Assembly: GCA_020536535.1 (NCBI GenBank)
Contig: JAHLWZ010000450.1
Location: 2,991 to 66,990 of the forward strand
DNA: 64,000 bases
From: Pelomyxa schiedti
Taxonomy: Eukaryota > Protista > Evosea
Reading direction: 5' to 3'
The translations under genes and the position numbers were made by a program. Shown piece after piece: positions 12,615-25,800 of the stretch. Position 1 is the stretch's first letter. Every line of letters starts with the position of its first letter. The notes beneath the pieces were generated by a model. That model was not told the DNA's origin, did not search any database, and saw only the letters and a list, made by a program, of their open reading frames with translations.

Positions 12615-13775
12615 ATGAAAACAGTTGTTGCCTTCTTGCTGTTTGCTGCAGTAGCATCAGCAGTGTACACCAAGTCCGACTTTAGTATCTGGGCCAAGAA
12701 GTACAACAAGGCCTATGCCTCACGTGAAGAGGAAGACATGAGGTTCAAAATTTGGATCAACAACAGGAAGTACTATGACAAGTTCAACACGGAAGGACAC
12801 TCCTGGACTCTTGGTCCCAACCAATTCACTGACTTCACTGCTGATGAATTTGAGGTTCTTTGTTTTTAGTCGTTTTTGTTTCAGCATGCGTGGTCATTGA
12901 ATATACTATTGCTTGTCTCGCGTTTCATAATAAAAATAAAAAGGCACCCATTTCTCACCTGTGTGTTTGAAAAAGGCGAAGTACTTGATGCAATCAAGGG
13001 AGTTTGTGAATGGAACTGCAACAATGCCATCAGCAGTGAGTGATGTGGACTGGACAAGCAGCTGCGCTGCCGTAAAGGATCAAGGAAGCTGTGGCTCCTG
13101 CTGGGCATTCAGCACCACCGGCTCCATAGAACCCTGCAGGAAGATAACCGGAGATGGGCAGCTCATCTCCCTGTCTGAGCAGTACCTTGTTGACTGCTGC
13201 ACCGGAGCGTGCTGCAACGGTTGCAGTGGAGGCACAATAGCCGGTGCTATGAAGTGTGCCGAGAGCGGCCTGCCTTCTGAGAGCTCTTATCCTTACACTG
13301 GCATCAAGAAGACCTGCCAGAAAGCAACGCTTGTCACAAAGATAACCTCATACACTGCAGTCACAAGCGGTGATGTGAATCAGTTGCAGTCACTGCTCAT
13401 GACCCAGCCCGTCTCTGTTACAATTGATGCTCGCCTCCTCTCGTAAGTTTTCCTGTCCACCTGTTGTGAAACAGATATAACTAGCAATAGTAAATGTATT
13501 ATTACTGTTGTTTTCAGATAAGTAAAGTAGTGAGCTGACATTGATTAAACAGGGGCTATACCGGTGGGATATGGTGCCCTTCCACGTGCTCCACCTCTAC
13601 CCTTGACCACGCTGTTGTGCTTGTGGGTCTCAACACAGAAAGCAAGTACTACAAGATTAGGAACAGCTGGGGTGCATCATGGGGTGAGTCTGGCTACTTC
13701 CGCATGTGCTGGGGGACAAATCAATGTGGAATTGCTACTGCTGCCTCTCAACCAAAGGGCTGTGTTGCTGCCTAA
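12615..13775 (+). CDS. Papain-family (C1A) cathepsin-L-like cysteine protease with signal peptide and I29 prodomain, 3 exons
   Basis: Signal peptide [16 protein letters not shown]; ERFNIN-like [20 protein letters not shown] and GPNQFTD; catalytic motifs [18 protein letters not shown] and [16 protein letters not shown]. Confidence 0.95.
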
Positions 13776-13998
13776 AATCTTAGTTTGATTAGCCACTCCA
13801 AGGGACTGCTAACACGAAACCAAAAATGAGAAAAACCAAATAAAGACACAAGTCTCTTGAATTGTTGACCGTAGAATTCTCTTCTTTTTTTTACTTGTAT
13901 AGCATCATCAAGTTTATTGAACTACTGTTATACTCGCCACCGACAGTTCTGGATAGTTAATGGATTCACACGCACACTCACTGATGCATGACCCATAA

Positions 13999-14640
13999 TC
14001 AGTCCCGGAACATCTTGAGCAAGAACTTGGCCTCGGCCATCCACTGCCTCCTGTCCTCGGGTGCCATCTCCATCGGCGTCACCCCGGCGTTGTTCTCGAC
14101 CCACGGGCTGGCGCCCATGGCCAGCAGCGCCCTCGCCGAGTCCCAGCGGCCGGCCGCCACCGCGGCGTGCAGCGCCGTGCGCCCCTCGGGCCCCGCGCGC
14201 CGGTTCATGCCGGCGCCGGCCAGCGCCAGCACGACCACGGCCTCGGTGTTGCCCGCGGCCGCCGCGGCGTGCAGCAGCCCCGGGTGCAGCCACAGCACGA
14301 ACGTGCCGTTCTCCAGGATGTCCTGCATCGTGTGCTTGGCGTCGCGCCCGCCGCGGGCCGCCGCCATCGCGTCGTCGGCGGCCGTCACGTACGCGCCGAA
14401 GTCGCAGAGCAGGCCGAAGAACGCGCAGGCGCCGGAGAAGCCGCGGGCCAGCCACGTGTCGCTCCTGACGCACACCACCACGGCCACGCCGGCGAATACC
14501 GCGAACAGCATGGGCAGGACTCCAATGTAGTGGAAGTGTGGTATGTTCCTGTCCTTGGGCTGCTTCCTCGTCGTCGTCGTCCCTCCTCGTTGTGTTTCAT
14601 TCTTCATCGTCTGCCCCGAGTTCGCCTTGGGCGTGTCCAT
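13999..14640 (-). CDS. Small membrane-anchored ankyrin-repeat protein (intronless, very GC-rich)
   Basis: Hydrophobic segment IGVLPMLFAVFAGVAVVVCV; ankyrin repeats LLHAAAAAGNTEAVVVLALAGA, GRTALHAAVAAGRWDSARALLAMGA and AGVTPMEMA. Confidence 0.8.
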   Translation of the reverse strand: MDTPKANSGQTMKNETQRGGTTTTRKQPKDRNIPHFHYIGVLPMLFAVFAGVAVVVCVRSDTWLARGFSGACAFFGLLCDFGAYVTAADDAMAAARGGRDAKHTMQDILENGTFVLWLHPGLLHAAAAAGNTEAVVVLALAGAGMNRRAGPEGRTALHAAVAAGRWDSARALLAMGASPWVENNAGVTPMEMAPEDRRQWMAEAKFLLKMFRD

Positions 14641-14828
14641 GATCACGGCCAACCGAAAAACCGAAAAAAAAAAGTGTTTGAACAAACGCGAAAATGGACC
14701 GGCCGATTGACGTGTCATTCTCGGTGGCGATAGGGATTGCTGACTCGATCGTGATGTGGAACAGGAATGGAGAGAATTGAGTAAGGTCGTGGGTGCATTC
14801 CTTTTGCTTACAAAATAAACATGGGTAG

Positions 14829-15430
14829 TTACAGCAGTTTCATCTGACGCAACACATCCGGGTGGCCCCAAGCCCTGGCAAGGTCAAACACATTCATTTC
14901 TGCGCTGGGCTCAAATGTGGAGTTGAGGAAGTACCCGGAATCCTTTGTAAGGTCGGGGTGAACAGCAATGACCATTAGGCAAATTTGAGCATTCTTGGCA
15001 AGAAGTGCTTCAGCCAAAGGTGATACACGCCGGACTGACCCGACACCACACCCACCAGCGCATTCTTGGTCTGTAACAAGTACTGGTACCTTTAGCTGGT
15101 TAGTGTATTTGTAAGGCGTGTTCTTTTTTGATACATTGGCAGAGAGAAGTGTGTGAACAATGAGCGGGTCCCCTCTGCGAACTGCTTCTGTAATAGGGTA
15201 CGTAATATCGTTATTGTGAGTTGCCGGCTTCTTTGGGTCAAGTACTCCTAAGGTGGTAGGGGGCCTGGTTAGGTCCTACACAGGGGAAAAAAACACAAGA
15301 AAGTTAAATCAGACCAGATCTTAGGGCCTCGACGATCATCTCTTGGCTACCAAACTTTGCTAATGATACGAAACTACTTTGTAGAGACTTGAAAGTTTGT
15401 AAAGCTCCTTGTAGTTCCGCCACAGCTGTT
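14829..15430 (-). CDS. Small divergent ankyrin-like protein (5' end uncertain, probably ~15600)
   Basis: Open exon after a TGTAG acceptor encodes YPITEAVRRGDPLIVHTLLSA, SPLAEALLAKNAQICLMVI and NVFDLARAWGHPDVLRQM*; an upstream exon lies at ~15320-15430. Confidence 0.5.
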
Positions 15431-15795
15431 AAATTATTTTTTTCCCTATGTTAGTGCCTGCCTAACTTAACGCTGAGTCCAAAGCAATTAATTTACAGTT
15501 CATTATTTGTGTGAAACGACACTAGCAAACCTACTTCGAGAAAAGCTTTCAGGCGTAGATCCGAAGGCGGAAAGAAGGTACTTCAATGCCGTTTGTTTGT
15601 TGGGGTCGTTCTTACCCACCGCCGACACCACAAAGTCACCAAACATCTTCAGATAAAGTATTTTTTTTATGCTTTTTCTCTTTGTAATCAGCTGTTTGAC
15701 ATTTTTAGAAGTGATTGCCCTGCCTTGTTAGAACGGTTTTAGCTTTTCTCTGTTGTCGTTTACGGGGCCTTCGACGAAACATCCAACAAAACGAA

Positions 15796-18700
15796 ATGTG
15801 GAGCTTGGAGCCTGACGACCCCACCCTCAGGGTCGTTCATGTAAAGCCCGGCAAGGAGGTCACACTGGGCAGGAGCAAAAAAAACGGCATCAACGACCGC
15901 TCGGTCAGCAGGCACCAGCTCCTCCTAAGTCTCGTTTCTGTCCCCCCCGTGTCCCCACAGACATCCCCGTGCTCATCAGGCCCCACTTCGCCAGCATCGT
16001 CAACTTCTTCTGAATCAGGAACAGTGAGACTCAGTGTCACGTGCATGGGGGTTTCGCCCTCGGTGATTTCGCGGGGCGAAAGGAAGAGCGGAGGCGAGCG
16101 GGAGGTCGCCGGCACGAATCCCGCTGATCCCAAGTCTGTTGTTACGAATGGCAGCACTGAGACCACTCTCGTGAAGGGATCCTCAGATTTTTTGGACCAC
16201 GGGGATTCTCTGTATCTTATTATGGGCCGGTTCAGATTCACAGTCAAGGCTCCCCCTGGTCTTCCTCTGATAGCGAAAATTGAACCTCCAAAGGAACCCT
16301 CCCCCGTTGTCATACAAAATTCAACTCAAAATACTACTGTACAAACTACACCGCCATCTGTGGCACGTGATAAAATTGTGTCTACAGAGCAAGTTCAAAC
16401 TGTTAACCAGGTTATTGTAACTTTATTTTTTTTTTCGGGTAACCTATTGGTGACTCCACTTTTAGGATACAAGCAGTTCACTGAAACGACCACCTCTCAA
16501 GCAAACCCGCAGTTGTGGGTCACTTAACGAGATAGATGGAATTACAGACTACAATTCTGCAATCCAAGCATCAAATAAGCAAGGCGATTATGTTACTCCT
16601 TCAAATAAACCAGGAGACTCTGCAATCCCCCTCCAACTCCTTCCTCCACGTCAGATACAAGCATCCGAAAATCGCATTCTTCTACAACCAAGCACCATTT
16701 CTCAACCAGAACTACCTCAAAATAAGCCGGTAGCATGCCACTTTGACAAACCACCAACCACATCACCAACTGAAATGCCTGCCTCAAAACCACCACAAAA
16801 TTCACTGGTTCACACACACCCTGTAATTCCCCAAGCGGAACTTCACCTGACTTCTACTCCTATAGTAACACCTCACACAGCAGATATGACGAAAGCACCT
16901 TCACCCCCTCACACTCCTCGTGATGTACCAGTAACTGTCCTCCCCCCTTCGGGAAATTCCACCTCTACTCCATTGTGTAGCCCTATTCCAGTAACTCCTA
17001 CAGCACCCGGAAAAACAGAAAGTGCATGCAGCAGTCCGCCCCCTGTAAGTGCACCTCAGCAACCGGAATCCCCGCCACCATCAGCTGCCATCCCACCTAG
17101 ACCAGAAATTTCCCCTGCCACACCAATGAAAAGTACGATGCAATCTATTGCAGAAGCCCAAGCGCGAGCAATGGCATTTTACAAACAAAAAGCAACTACT
17201 TCTCCATCTTCGAGTGCCTCCAATTTGACAGCTCCTCCAGGTCCACCAAAGTCTCCAATACCACCACCAATGGTAACTCCACCAGCAGAGAAAGCAAAGC
17301 CTGAAACTATAAAGCCTTTACCCCAGAATAACACAAGTGCAGACCCACTGCCCCCAGTGGACTCACACATCGTTATCCCAATTGGAGGTTCAACATCTGG
17401 GGACTCAGATGACATAGTGAAAAAGTCCCGAAATTCCATTTGTATACACGGTTCCAGCACTGGTGTGAGTACAAGCACCACCACGAGCACGTCCGCATTA
17501 ACGACAACGGGCACGAGCACGAATACGAGCACAAGTACAAGTTCAAGCACAACCACAAGCACAAGCACATCTACTTCTCCTTCAAACACAACAGATACCA
17601 ACACCGAAGCAACATTATTGGAACTAAAGGATATGTTTCCAGTGATAAGTATATCGTTTCTACGCCAGAAGTTAGCAGAATCTAAGGGAGATGTATCTGA
17701 GGTTGTATCTATCTTGCTCTCGGATCCCCCAACTTTAGCTGCACCCACACCTTCCAAGTCCCTGCCCCCACCTCCATCTCCATCCCTTACAACCTCAGTG
17801 ACAAAAGGGGAACCCATTCCTCATGATTCCACCGCATCCATGTTGGACACCCCACTGAAAAAGCTTGCTGCAATCTTTCCTACACTGGAACTTTCTCTTT
17901 TGGAATCAGCATTGAAGTCAAGTGGTGGAAATATTGATCAATCCGTTGCGTGGCTTCTGGGGGAAGACAGGAGTGAGCCCACTGTCCCTATGAAACGTCT
18001 ACCAGATCCACCTCCTTCCATGCTGCTTCCACCTCCTTCCATGCTTCCACCTCTACCTTCATTCACAACACTTCCATACAGTCCTCCTCCCATTTATAGT
18101 CCAGTGCCTAAAAGGCCCAGAAGACGCGCCTACCCGGTTACCACCATGAGCCCGTTTATGTTTGGGGGCCACATGTTTCCCAATACAACCCCTGCTCGCC
18201 CCCTAAATATAAAGATAGATTCCAGACCTTGTCAATCTCTGTACAAGCAGACATTTGACCCCGTACAACAGATCTCAAATAGTTTGTAAACCTCTCGATT
18301 ATTTTCCCTTACATTCACTTTGTAGCTCTTCAGATGCTGTCTGATAAAGCACAGTATGTCGGATATTGTGCACAAACAATGATTGAAAGGGGTAAAAGTT
18401 CAATAAATAACCTTACCTACCAAAACGAACCAGAGCCACAATAATAATATAAAGAGCAGGAACACTGGGGTGATTGGTTTGTGTTTTACCACTCTTACTC
18501 GTTTGCTCTGCTATTATACGAGGTTCAAGCAGAACTAGCTAGAGCCATGTATACACTTCCTGATGAGTTTGCTCCGCTACCACGGATACTACACGGACCA
18601 TTTCATGGAAAACCTACCTTAGGTATATTCAGTTCTAGTGTGATCATTGTTTCCCTTTACCACAGATATGCTTCTGGAGGATTTCAAGCACATGACGAGT

Positions 18701-19515
18701 CAAGATCACAATCCAAACTTCCGGGCCCTTGCAATCTCCGTTAGTTGCTCTCTGTTTGCTCCAGGATCTGAGGCGCCACCTCTGAGTTGTTTTTCACAGG
18801 GTTACTCCTGTTCAGACTTGTCATTTCGTGGTCTGCTTACTGGCTTATTACGCACCTGTGGAGTACATGATCCAGACTACTTGGCAGATAAAATCGTTGA
18901 AGTTGGGGAAAAGTACCGCCTTCCAGCAAGCCCATACAAGGCCACCGGCGCTACCGGCATGTTTCCATTCCTTCCCACTGGAATGCTTTCCGCACCACCT
19001 TCGATCAATCGCGACGAGGAATCCCTTGGCGGCGGCTCCATGCTCCAGATATTTATTCACAAAGACACTGTTGACAGTCTCGCCTATGCTTCATATCCCA
19101 TGGGAGTTCCCATTCCTGGTGTCCCTTCACTCGCCGAGCATCTCAAAGACGGGCACACTGAAGGCCAAGCCAGAATCTTCATGCACCCAGGTATTCATAC
19201 TTCTTTTACAATTTATGTTCCTATCTTCCTCCACCCCCCAAAACAAAACAAAACAAAACAAAACAAAACAAAACAAAACAAAACAAAACAAAACAAAACA
19301 AAACAAGGACTCACAAATTCCTAGCGGTGTTCACAGACACAACCAAAGCACATCTGTATCACTATTCCGCAAGCCCGCTTTTATCTGCCATGGATTCCAG
19401 TGTGCCTCTAAGCCGAGGAGCCTTCATCAAGGACCTTAGAAAAACCCTGGAACCCATCCTTGGGGACTACGCTGCCCTGCGGAAGGCATTCCACGCCGTA
19501 GAAGGAAGACCGTAA
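15796..19515 (+). CDS. FHA (PNKP/APTX/APLF-like) + Pro/Ser/Thr-rich linker + two CUE domains + unassigned ~280-aa C-terminal domain
   Basis: FHA motifs VTLGRS..GINDRSVSRHQ, MGVSPS and GDSLYL. CUE motifs LKDMFPVISISFLRQKLAESKGDVSEVVSILL and LAAIFPTLELSLLESALKSSGGNIDQSVAWLL. A spliced globular C-terminus follows. Confidence 0.8.
19239..19306 (+). repeat. (CAAAA)13 microsatellite in an intron
   Basis: Direct reading. Confidence 0.95.
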
Positions 19516-19869
19516 ATTCCATGTGTACTGCCCTGTGCATCTGCGGCCCAGATAGAGACCCGAGAACCGAAACCCATTTTAGGATGGTTGTCGACTTCTC
19601 CTTCTCATCATAGAGCAGGAAAGAAAACGGTTAGGGAAATTTCATCCCGCGAAGTCACGTTACATAAAATACGTTGAGTGTTGTCCAACCGCTTTTACGT
19701 AAAAGCAAACATCAAAACTCGTTTTTTCTTCAAACAGCGTTGTACTTTTTATTCCAATGGATTTGCATTTTTGTTAAACAAACAAACAGCTTCAACAAAC
19801 AAGGCACCTAACTAGGAGAATATAATTCGTGTGGTCCTGGGGCTCTTTGTTGGGAAATTACAATTCCTG

Positions 19870-22800
19870 ATGTCTCTTCGTCTGTGGCTCAGCTATTCTA
19901 TTGTTGTTTGTGTCCTTCTTGGGTCTGTTAGTGCAGGAGGGAGTACGTTTTCTTCTTAATTATTACTTCACTCTTTTTCCTTGTTACCACTGAGTTTTCT
20001 TTTCATTTTTTGTTTTTTTGTTTGTTGTGTTTCTTTTCCCAATCACAATTCCCATTCACTTACTCTTATCCTGTATATATCTTTCAGTACTTGGGCTCAG
20101 TAGTATTTCGTCAGCAACAGAGGCTGCCACTGATGGATCAGAGCAAACTGTTATAAGTGGAGTGCTGTTACCCCTTCTGTCGGGATCATGCACAGTTCAG
20201 ATAGGTGGACAACCTTGCTTTAATGCCCATGGTGACACACTGGGTCTAAGTGTTACTTGCACTCCATCTCCTGGGGTTGGGACTTCTTTACTTGTAAACG
20301 TAGTTGGCTATGCTTCTGCTGCAGTGTTTTCCTACAGAGGTTTTTCCAAACTATCTACCAACTAGTAGTGATCCTTATTCTGTTTACAGCGGCTTCAATT
20401 TCCTCTATTTCTGGGGGAAGCACAAGTGGGAATCAAAGAATTGTAATCTCTGGCTCCAATTTCGGGCCGAGCAGCACTTCAGGTAACCAAAAGCAGTTTT
20501 TGCTTTTTTGATTAGTGATTTCGTTTTGGTAGTCTCTGTAACCGTTGGAAGTGGGGCGTGTGGAGGGATCAATGTTTCTCAGGCTCATCATCAAATTACT
20601 TGCTATCCTCCAGAAGGTGTTGGGTCAGCCACCGTAACCCTTAAAGTGCCCTCAGGTGGTTCTCGTTCCACCACCTTTCAATATGTTTATCCAGGTTTTT
20701 CATATCATCCACCATTTTCAATTGGTGATACCAGTAGGTCCTACTATTAGTACGGCAACTGGTGTTAATACCAATGGCACTTTGACCACCATTTCTGGGA
20801 CTAACTTTGGGCCTCTGGGAACACCTGTAACACTATTGCACCCACTTTCTTTTGGTTCACTTATTGATGCAGGTTTCAGTTACAGTTCATGGGAGTGAGT
20901 GCAAGGGTGCTGCTGTTTCTTTTGCCCACTATGCGATCTCTTGCACTGCTCCTGTTGGTGTCGGAACAAATCACAATGTTACTGTCACAGTTGCAGGAAA
21001 AACAGTCTCAGGCCGCATTCTTTCATACAACAGTATAGACTCATTTTCCGAGTCACTACTAATACTTGTCTCCAAGAGCCACGGATCACTGCTGTGACGA
21101 AATCAGATACCGCTGCATCAAAGTTAATTAATATCACAGGGGAAAATTTTGGGCCCATTGGCACCCCTGTTGAGGTATTAATCGATGGCGTATCCTGTCA
21201 AAATCCATCTGTTATTGTTGCCCACAGATTGGTGTCTTGCAAGCCACCTTCTGGATCAGGTAACAAAACTGGAAGGGCCAATCTTACCATTTTCTAAGGC
21301 TCGAATCACTCCGTGACAATACAAGTCGGTGGGCAATGGTCGGACCCCCAGAATCTCTTCTCCTATTCCTGTACAGCCTCTTTTCGTTTCTTTAGCTCAC
21401 AGAAAATGTAGCACCAATCATTACTTCTGTATCTCCTTCTGCAACATCAGGAGGGAGAATTACCATCGATGGAAACAATTTTGGACCACTTGGAACAAAT
21501 GTTTGGCTTGATTGTTTTGGGATGAACTCATTGTAATAGGTTTCTGTGCTTATTGCTGGAAAACCTTGTTTGGGGGCCTACATTGACGTTGCTCATACCA
21601 GGATATCTTGTACTGTGAATCAAGGAACAGGCACCAGCTATTCCACTTACGTAGAATTACCTGTGGGACAGCATTCCTTAGGGTGCCTTGCTCCAAATTC
21701 TTTTTCCTACCAAGGTTTATTTTCCAAGCTTCCTTCTTCACAACTTTGACCACTTCTAGCCCCTGTCGTACTTGGTTCCACACCTGTTGCAACAGACGGA
21801 ATGGAGAGCACAGTTATTTTTGGGAATAACTTTGGTGCAATGGGAGGGAATTCAATTGTTTATATTAATAGCCAATTGTGCAATCAACCTGCCGTGTTAT
21901 CTCACAATGTATTCTTCTTATTGTTATCTTCAGTTTGGTTACTGTTTCCATAGGCCATATCTTGTCTACCAAAGAAAGGAGTGGGCATGAACCAAACTGT
22001 TGTTGTACAAATTGATGGACAGTCTGGGTCAGCTATGGCATTTAGCTACAAATGTTTTCCACCAACTTCTTTCCCTTTTACCATCAATATTCATTGGTTT
22101 ATTACAGCACCCTCTTTGGCCTCAGCAACTGTTTCCAATAAGACAGCTATCATAACTGGCGATAATTTTGGTCCCCTAGATACTGTTGTTTCTGTTTTTA
22201 TTGGCGATAAGCAGTGCTCTAGTGCCCGCGTATCTGTTGATTCCATTCAAATTCTTTGTACTCCAGCAGCGGGGACTATTGGTATTCCCACACAGTAACG
22301 TGAAGACTAACCACATGTAGGACCAGAAGTTTTTGTTTCACTGAGAAATCCTTCAGGTGGGTTCTGGGTCAATACTTCTGCCAGTATTTTTGTAGCCAAT
22401 GCACCTACAATTAATTCCATCTCCCCCCCTCTCACTACTGCTGGAAACTCTACGGTTTATCTTCTGTGGGAGGCTTCTTTTTCTGACAACCTCTAGGCAA
22501 TACTGTATGGAGATCACCTGGGTGTGACAGGGGCCTCTATAAACATAACAATTGAGGGGGAAGAATGCCAGAATGTTATTGTATTGGAGAATGATACTGC
22601 TGTATCCTGTATTCCACCCGCTTTATGTGGGAAAAACCTCGAACTGGTTATCAAAGTGGTGTCTCCTGGCCAAAGTAATATGACGACTGGGATCTCAAAA
22701 TTGTTCTACTATCCCGGTTTGTCAAAATTTGTTACCCTTCATTTTCATATTTTTTTAAGGTCCAGAAGTATTTTATGTATCTTCTGCAAGTACACAAGGT

Positions 22801-25800
22801 GGTTCAATTTTACTTCATGGGAAGAATTTTGGACCTCTAAATACCACATTGACTGTTCAGATCAACAACGAAGCATGTATTCATGCATCTGTAACAGTTC
22901 CACATACAGAGATCTCGTGTATTGCCCCAGCTGGTGTAGGGGCTCATCTTCCACTCTCTTTATGGGTCCCCGCCAGCGGCTCTCACTCTCAAACGTTCGG
23001 ATCCCCAGTATTCAATTACAGCGGTACCTATCTCGTGTTTTCATTCAGTAGTTCTTTGACAATTGATCAGAGCCTAAAATAATCAATGCTACACAATCGG
23101 ACACTGAAGGCAAAGATCCAACTTACATTAATGGTGAAAATTTTGGCCCTCTTGGTACTCGGGTGTCTGTCTTTATTGGCAATTACACCTGCGCAAATGC
23201 AACTGTCACTGTGGCACATAGACAGATTTCCTGCTACCCTCCACCAGGAATAGGACAACTCCCTCTCAACCTCACCATTCTCTCCAATACTTCACAAAGT
23301 GCTGTTTCGACATTTCGCTATGCAGGTAACTACTTTTCATCCCTGCTCTTTTGAATAGCAGTAGTAAATAACATCTTAGGACCCAGCATTTCCTCTGGTT
23401 CAAGTTTCGCCACAATTTATGGTTTGCAGGCATATATTTATGGTCTCAACTTTGGCCCTCCAACAACAACAGTGTTTGTGACAATAAACAATCAGTCCTG
23501 TACTGGGGCCATGGTGATTTCTCACACAACCATACAATGCACACCTCCCAGCGGGTCAGGCACCAACCTTAGCATAGTGGTATCAGTTGCTGCACAAGGT
23601 ACTAGTGACTTTGTCTCAGATGGGAAGAATGCATTTTCCTACACATGTATGCACTTTGAAGTGCCAAAAATGTTTCTTAAAACTCGCAGATCCAAACATC
23701 ATTTCGTGTGCACCTGTGGACACTGATGGCCAGACAGCTACCAAGATCACAGGTCGTTATTTTGGCCCAATTGGGGGTAATGTTTCGGTGACAATCAACC
23801 ACCTTCCTTGTACCAATGCAAGTGTCATCGAAGCTGATTCAGTAATAAGTTGCTATCCTCCACCTGGGGCCGGAAAGTTCCTGCTTGTAGTTGTTTCCTT
23901 TTTGTACAAGGCAGCTAATACAACAGGAAATGCATCGGTTTTTTCTTACAATGGTGTGGCTTCCCCTTGGTTATACTGTTCTGAAACTCCATAGATCCTA
24001 GTCTTGGGAGTGCTACACATGTTGCAACAACCGGAATCGAGGAATGCATCATAGTTGGAAACAATTTTGGGCCTGTTGGGACTAAGTTGGAAGTTTTCAT
24101 TAATGGGACAAAGTGCCTGAACTCCTCCGTGTTGAATCACACCCATATAAAGTGCTTTCCTCAAGCAGGAGTCGGTGCCAATCTTCCTTTATATGTTTCC
24201 GTGGCTTCGGATGACAACATTCCAGCTACTACATTATCCAACGTGTTCTCCTTTACAAGTAGACGTGATTTTCTTTATCTTTGCTCACAGCCACGATTTC
24301 AGGCCCAACTATTACTTTGGCAACAAGCACTGACTCAAATTCTTCAACCCCAACATTCATCACTGGGAATAACTTTGGTCCCATTGGGTCCCCTCTTTCT
24401 GTATCAATTGGGGGCAAAGAATGTCTGCAGGCAAAGGTGGTTGTCCCTCACACACAGATTGAATGTTACCCGCCACTGGGAGTTGGAAGGAATATCTCCA
24501 TTACCGTTACACTAGTTCCTGGATCGAGTAATGTGATTAGCTGCAGTGCCCCCGTTTTTTCCTACAACTGTACACTGAGATATTTTTTTTTCTGCTTTAA
24601 CAAGCATTTCAGTTCCTCAAGTGTCCACAGCCACCAGTGTAAATACTTATGAATATACAAAAACACGTGTAAGGGCAAATCTTCCTTTTCTACTTCTCAT
24701 TCCCTTAGATTACTGGAAAAAATTTCGGACCTACTGGTACCTCTGTTGAGGTAACCATTGACTCTCTTCCTTGCACAGAAGCTGCTGTTCTATCAGATTC
24801 TGTGGTGGAATGTTATCCCCCTTCCGGGGTTGGTCGCGGTTAGTCTAGAAGTTACTCTCACAATTTCTTACTTTACTATAGCCCTATCTGTTTCTGTTGG
24901 GGTTGCCCGCCCAGGGCAACTCTTTTTCTCAAGCTCGGCCAAAGTGTTTTCTTTCAACTGTAGATTGCCTTATACTTGATTATAATTAAACTATCTCCTA
25001 GCTCCGAGTGCCTATTTTGCTAGCTCATGTGGCACTGAGGGACGAGAGAATATAACAATCTATGGAAGCAACTTTGGCAAGAAAGATCTCAACACCTCTC
25101 TTTATGTGTTGATTGGTGGCAAACCGTGTTCTGATGCATTTGTTTCTATGGACGATTTTCAGATTACTTGTGTTGCTCCAGCAGGTGTAGGGCAGGATGT
25201 TGAACTTGAGATATGGGTGCCCTGGGATCCAGAAAAGAACCAAACTTTTAATTCTTCAATATTTTCTTATACAGGTACTCTCAATCCCATGCAATTCTTT
25301 CTCATTTCAAAAATAGCGCCATCCGTCACTTTTGTTTCCTCAGCAAACACTGATGGCAACCAAGCTCTCTACATCGACGGAAAGAACTTTGGATCATGCA
25401 ACATGTCCTCTAATATTGGGGTGACTATAGGCGAGTCTCCTTGCAGAAACATCAGTCTATTATGTACAACACCAAGGATTATATGCTATCCACCACCTGG
25501 CTTTGGAATTAGACCTTTGAAACTTTCCATTCCTTCAGATCCAGCACACTCACAAGAAGCAACTTCATACTTCTCATACAATCGTAAGAAGTGGGAACTC
25601 TGCATTCAGTGATTAATTCAATGATAGTTCCTGAAATTCACAATGCATCTACAACTGATACTGATCCGCATAATGCAACTCTCATTTACGGAAGAAACTT
25701 TGGAACTGTGGATGCGAATATTAGTGTTATGATTGGTGGAAAAGCCTGCCAAGATGCATTCGTATATTTGGAGCACACTATAATTTCTTGTATTCCTGCC

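Noticed and set aside
13928-14733. Overlapping Arg/Gly/Pro-rich ORFs in several frames (similar at 47022-48194)
   Set aside because: An artefact of high GC and low complexity; only the ankyrin and RBR frames have domain signatures.
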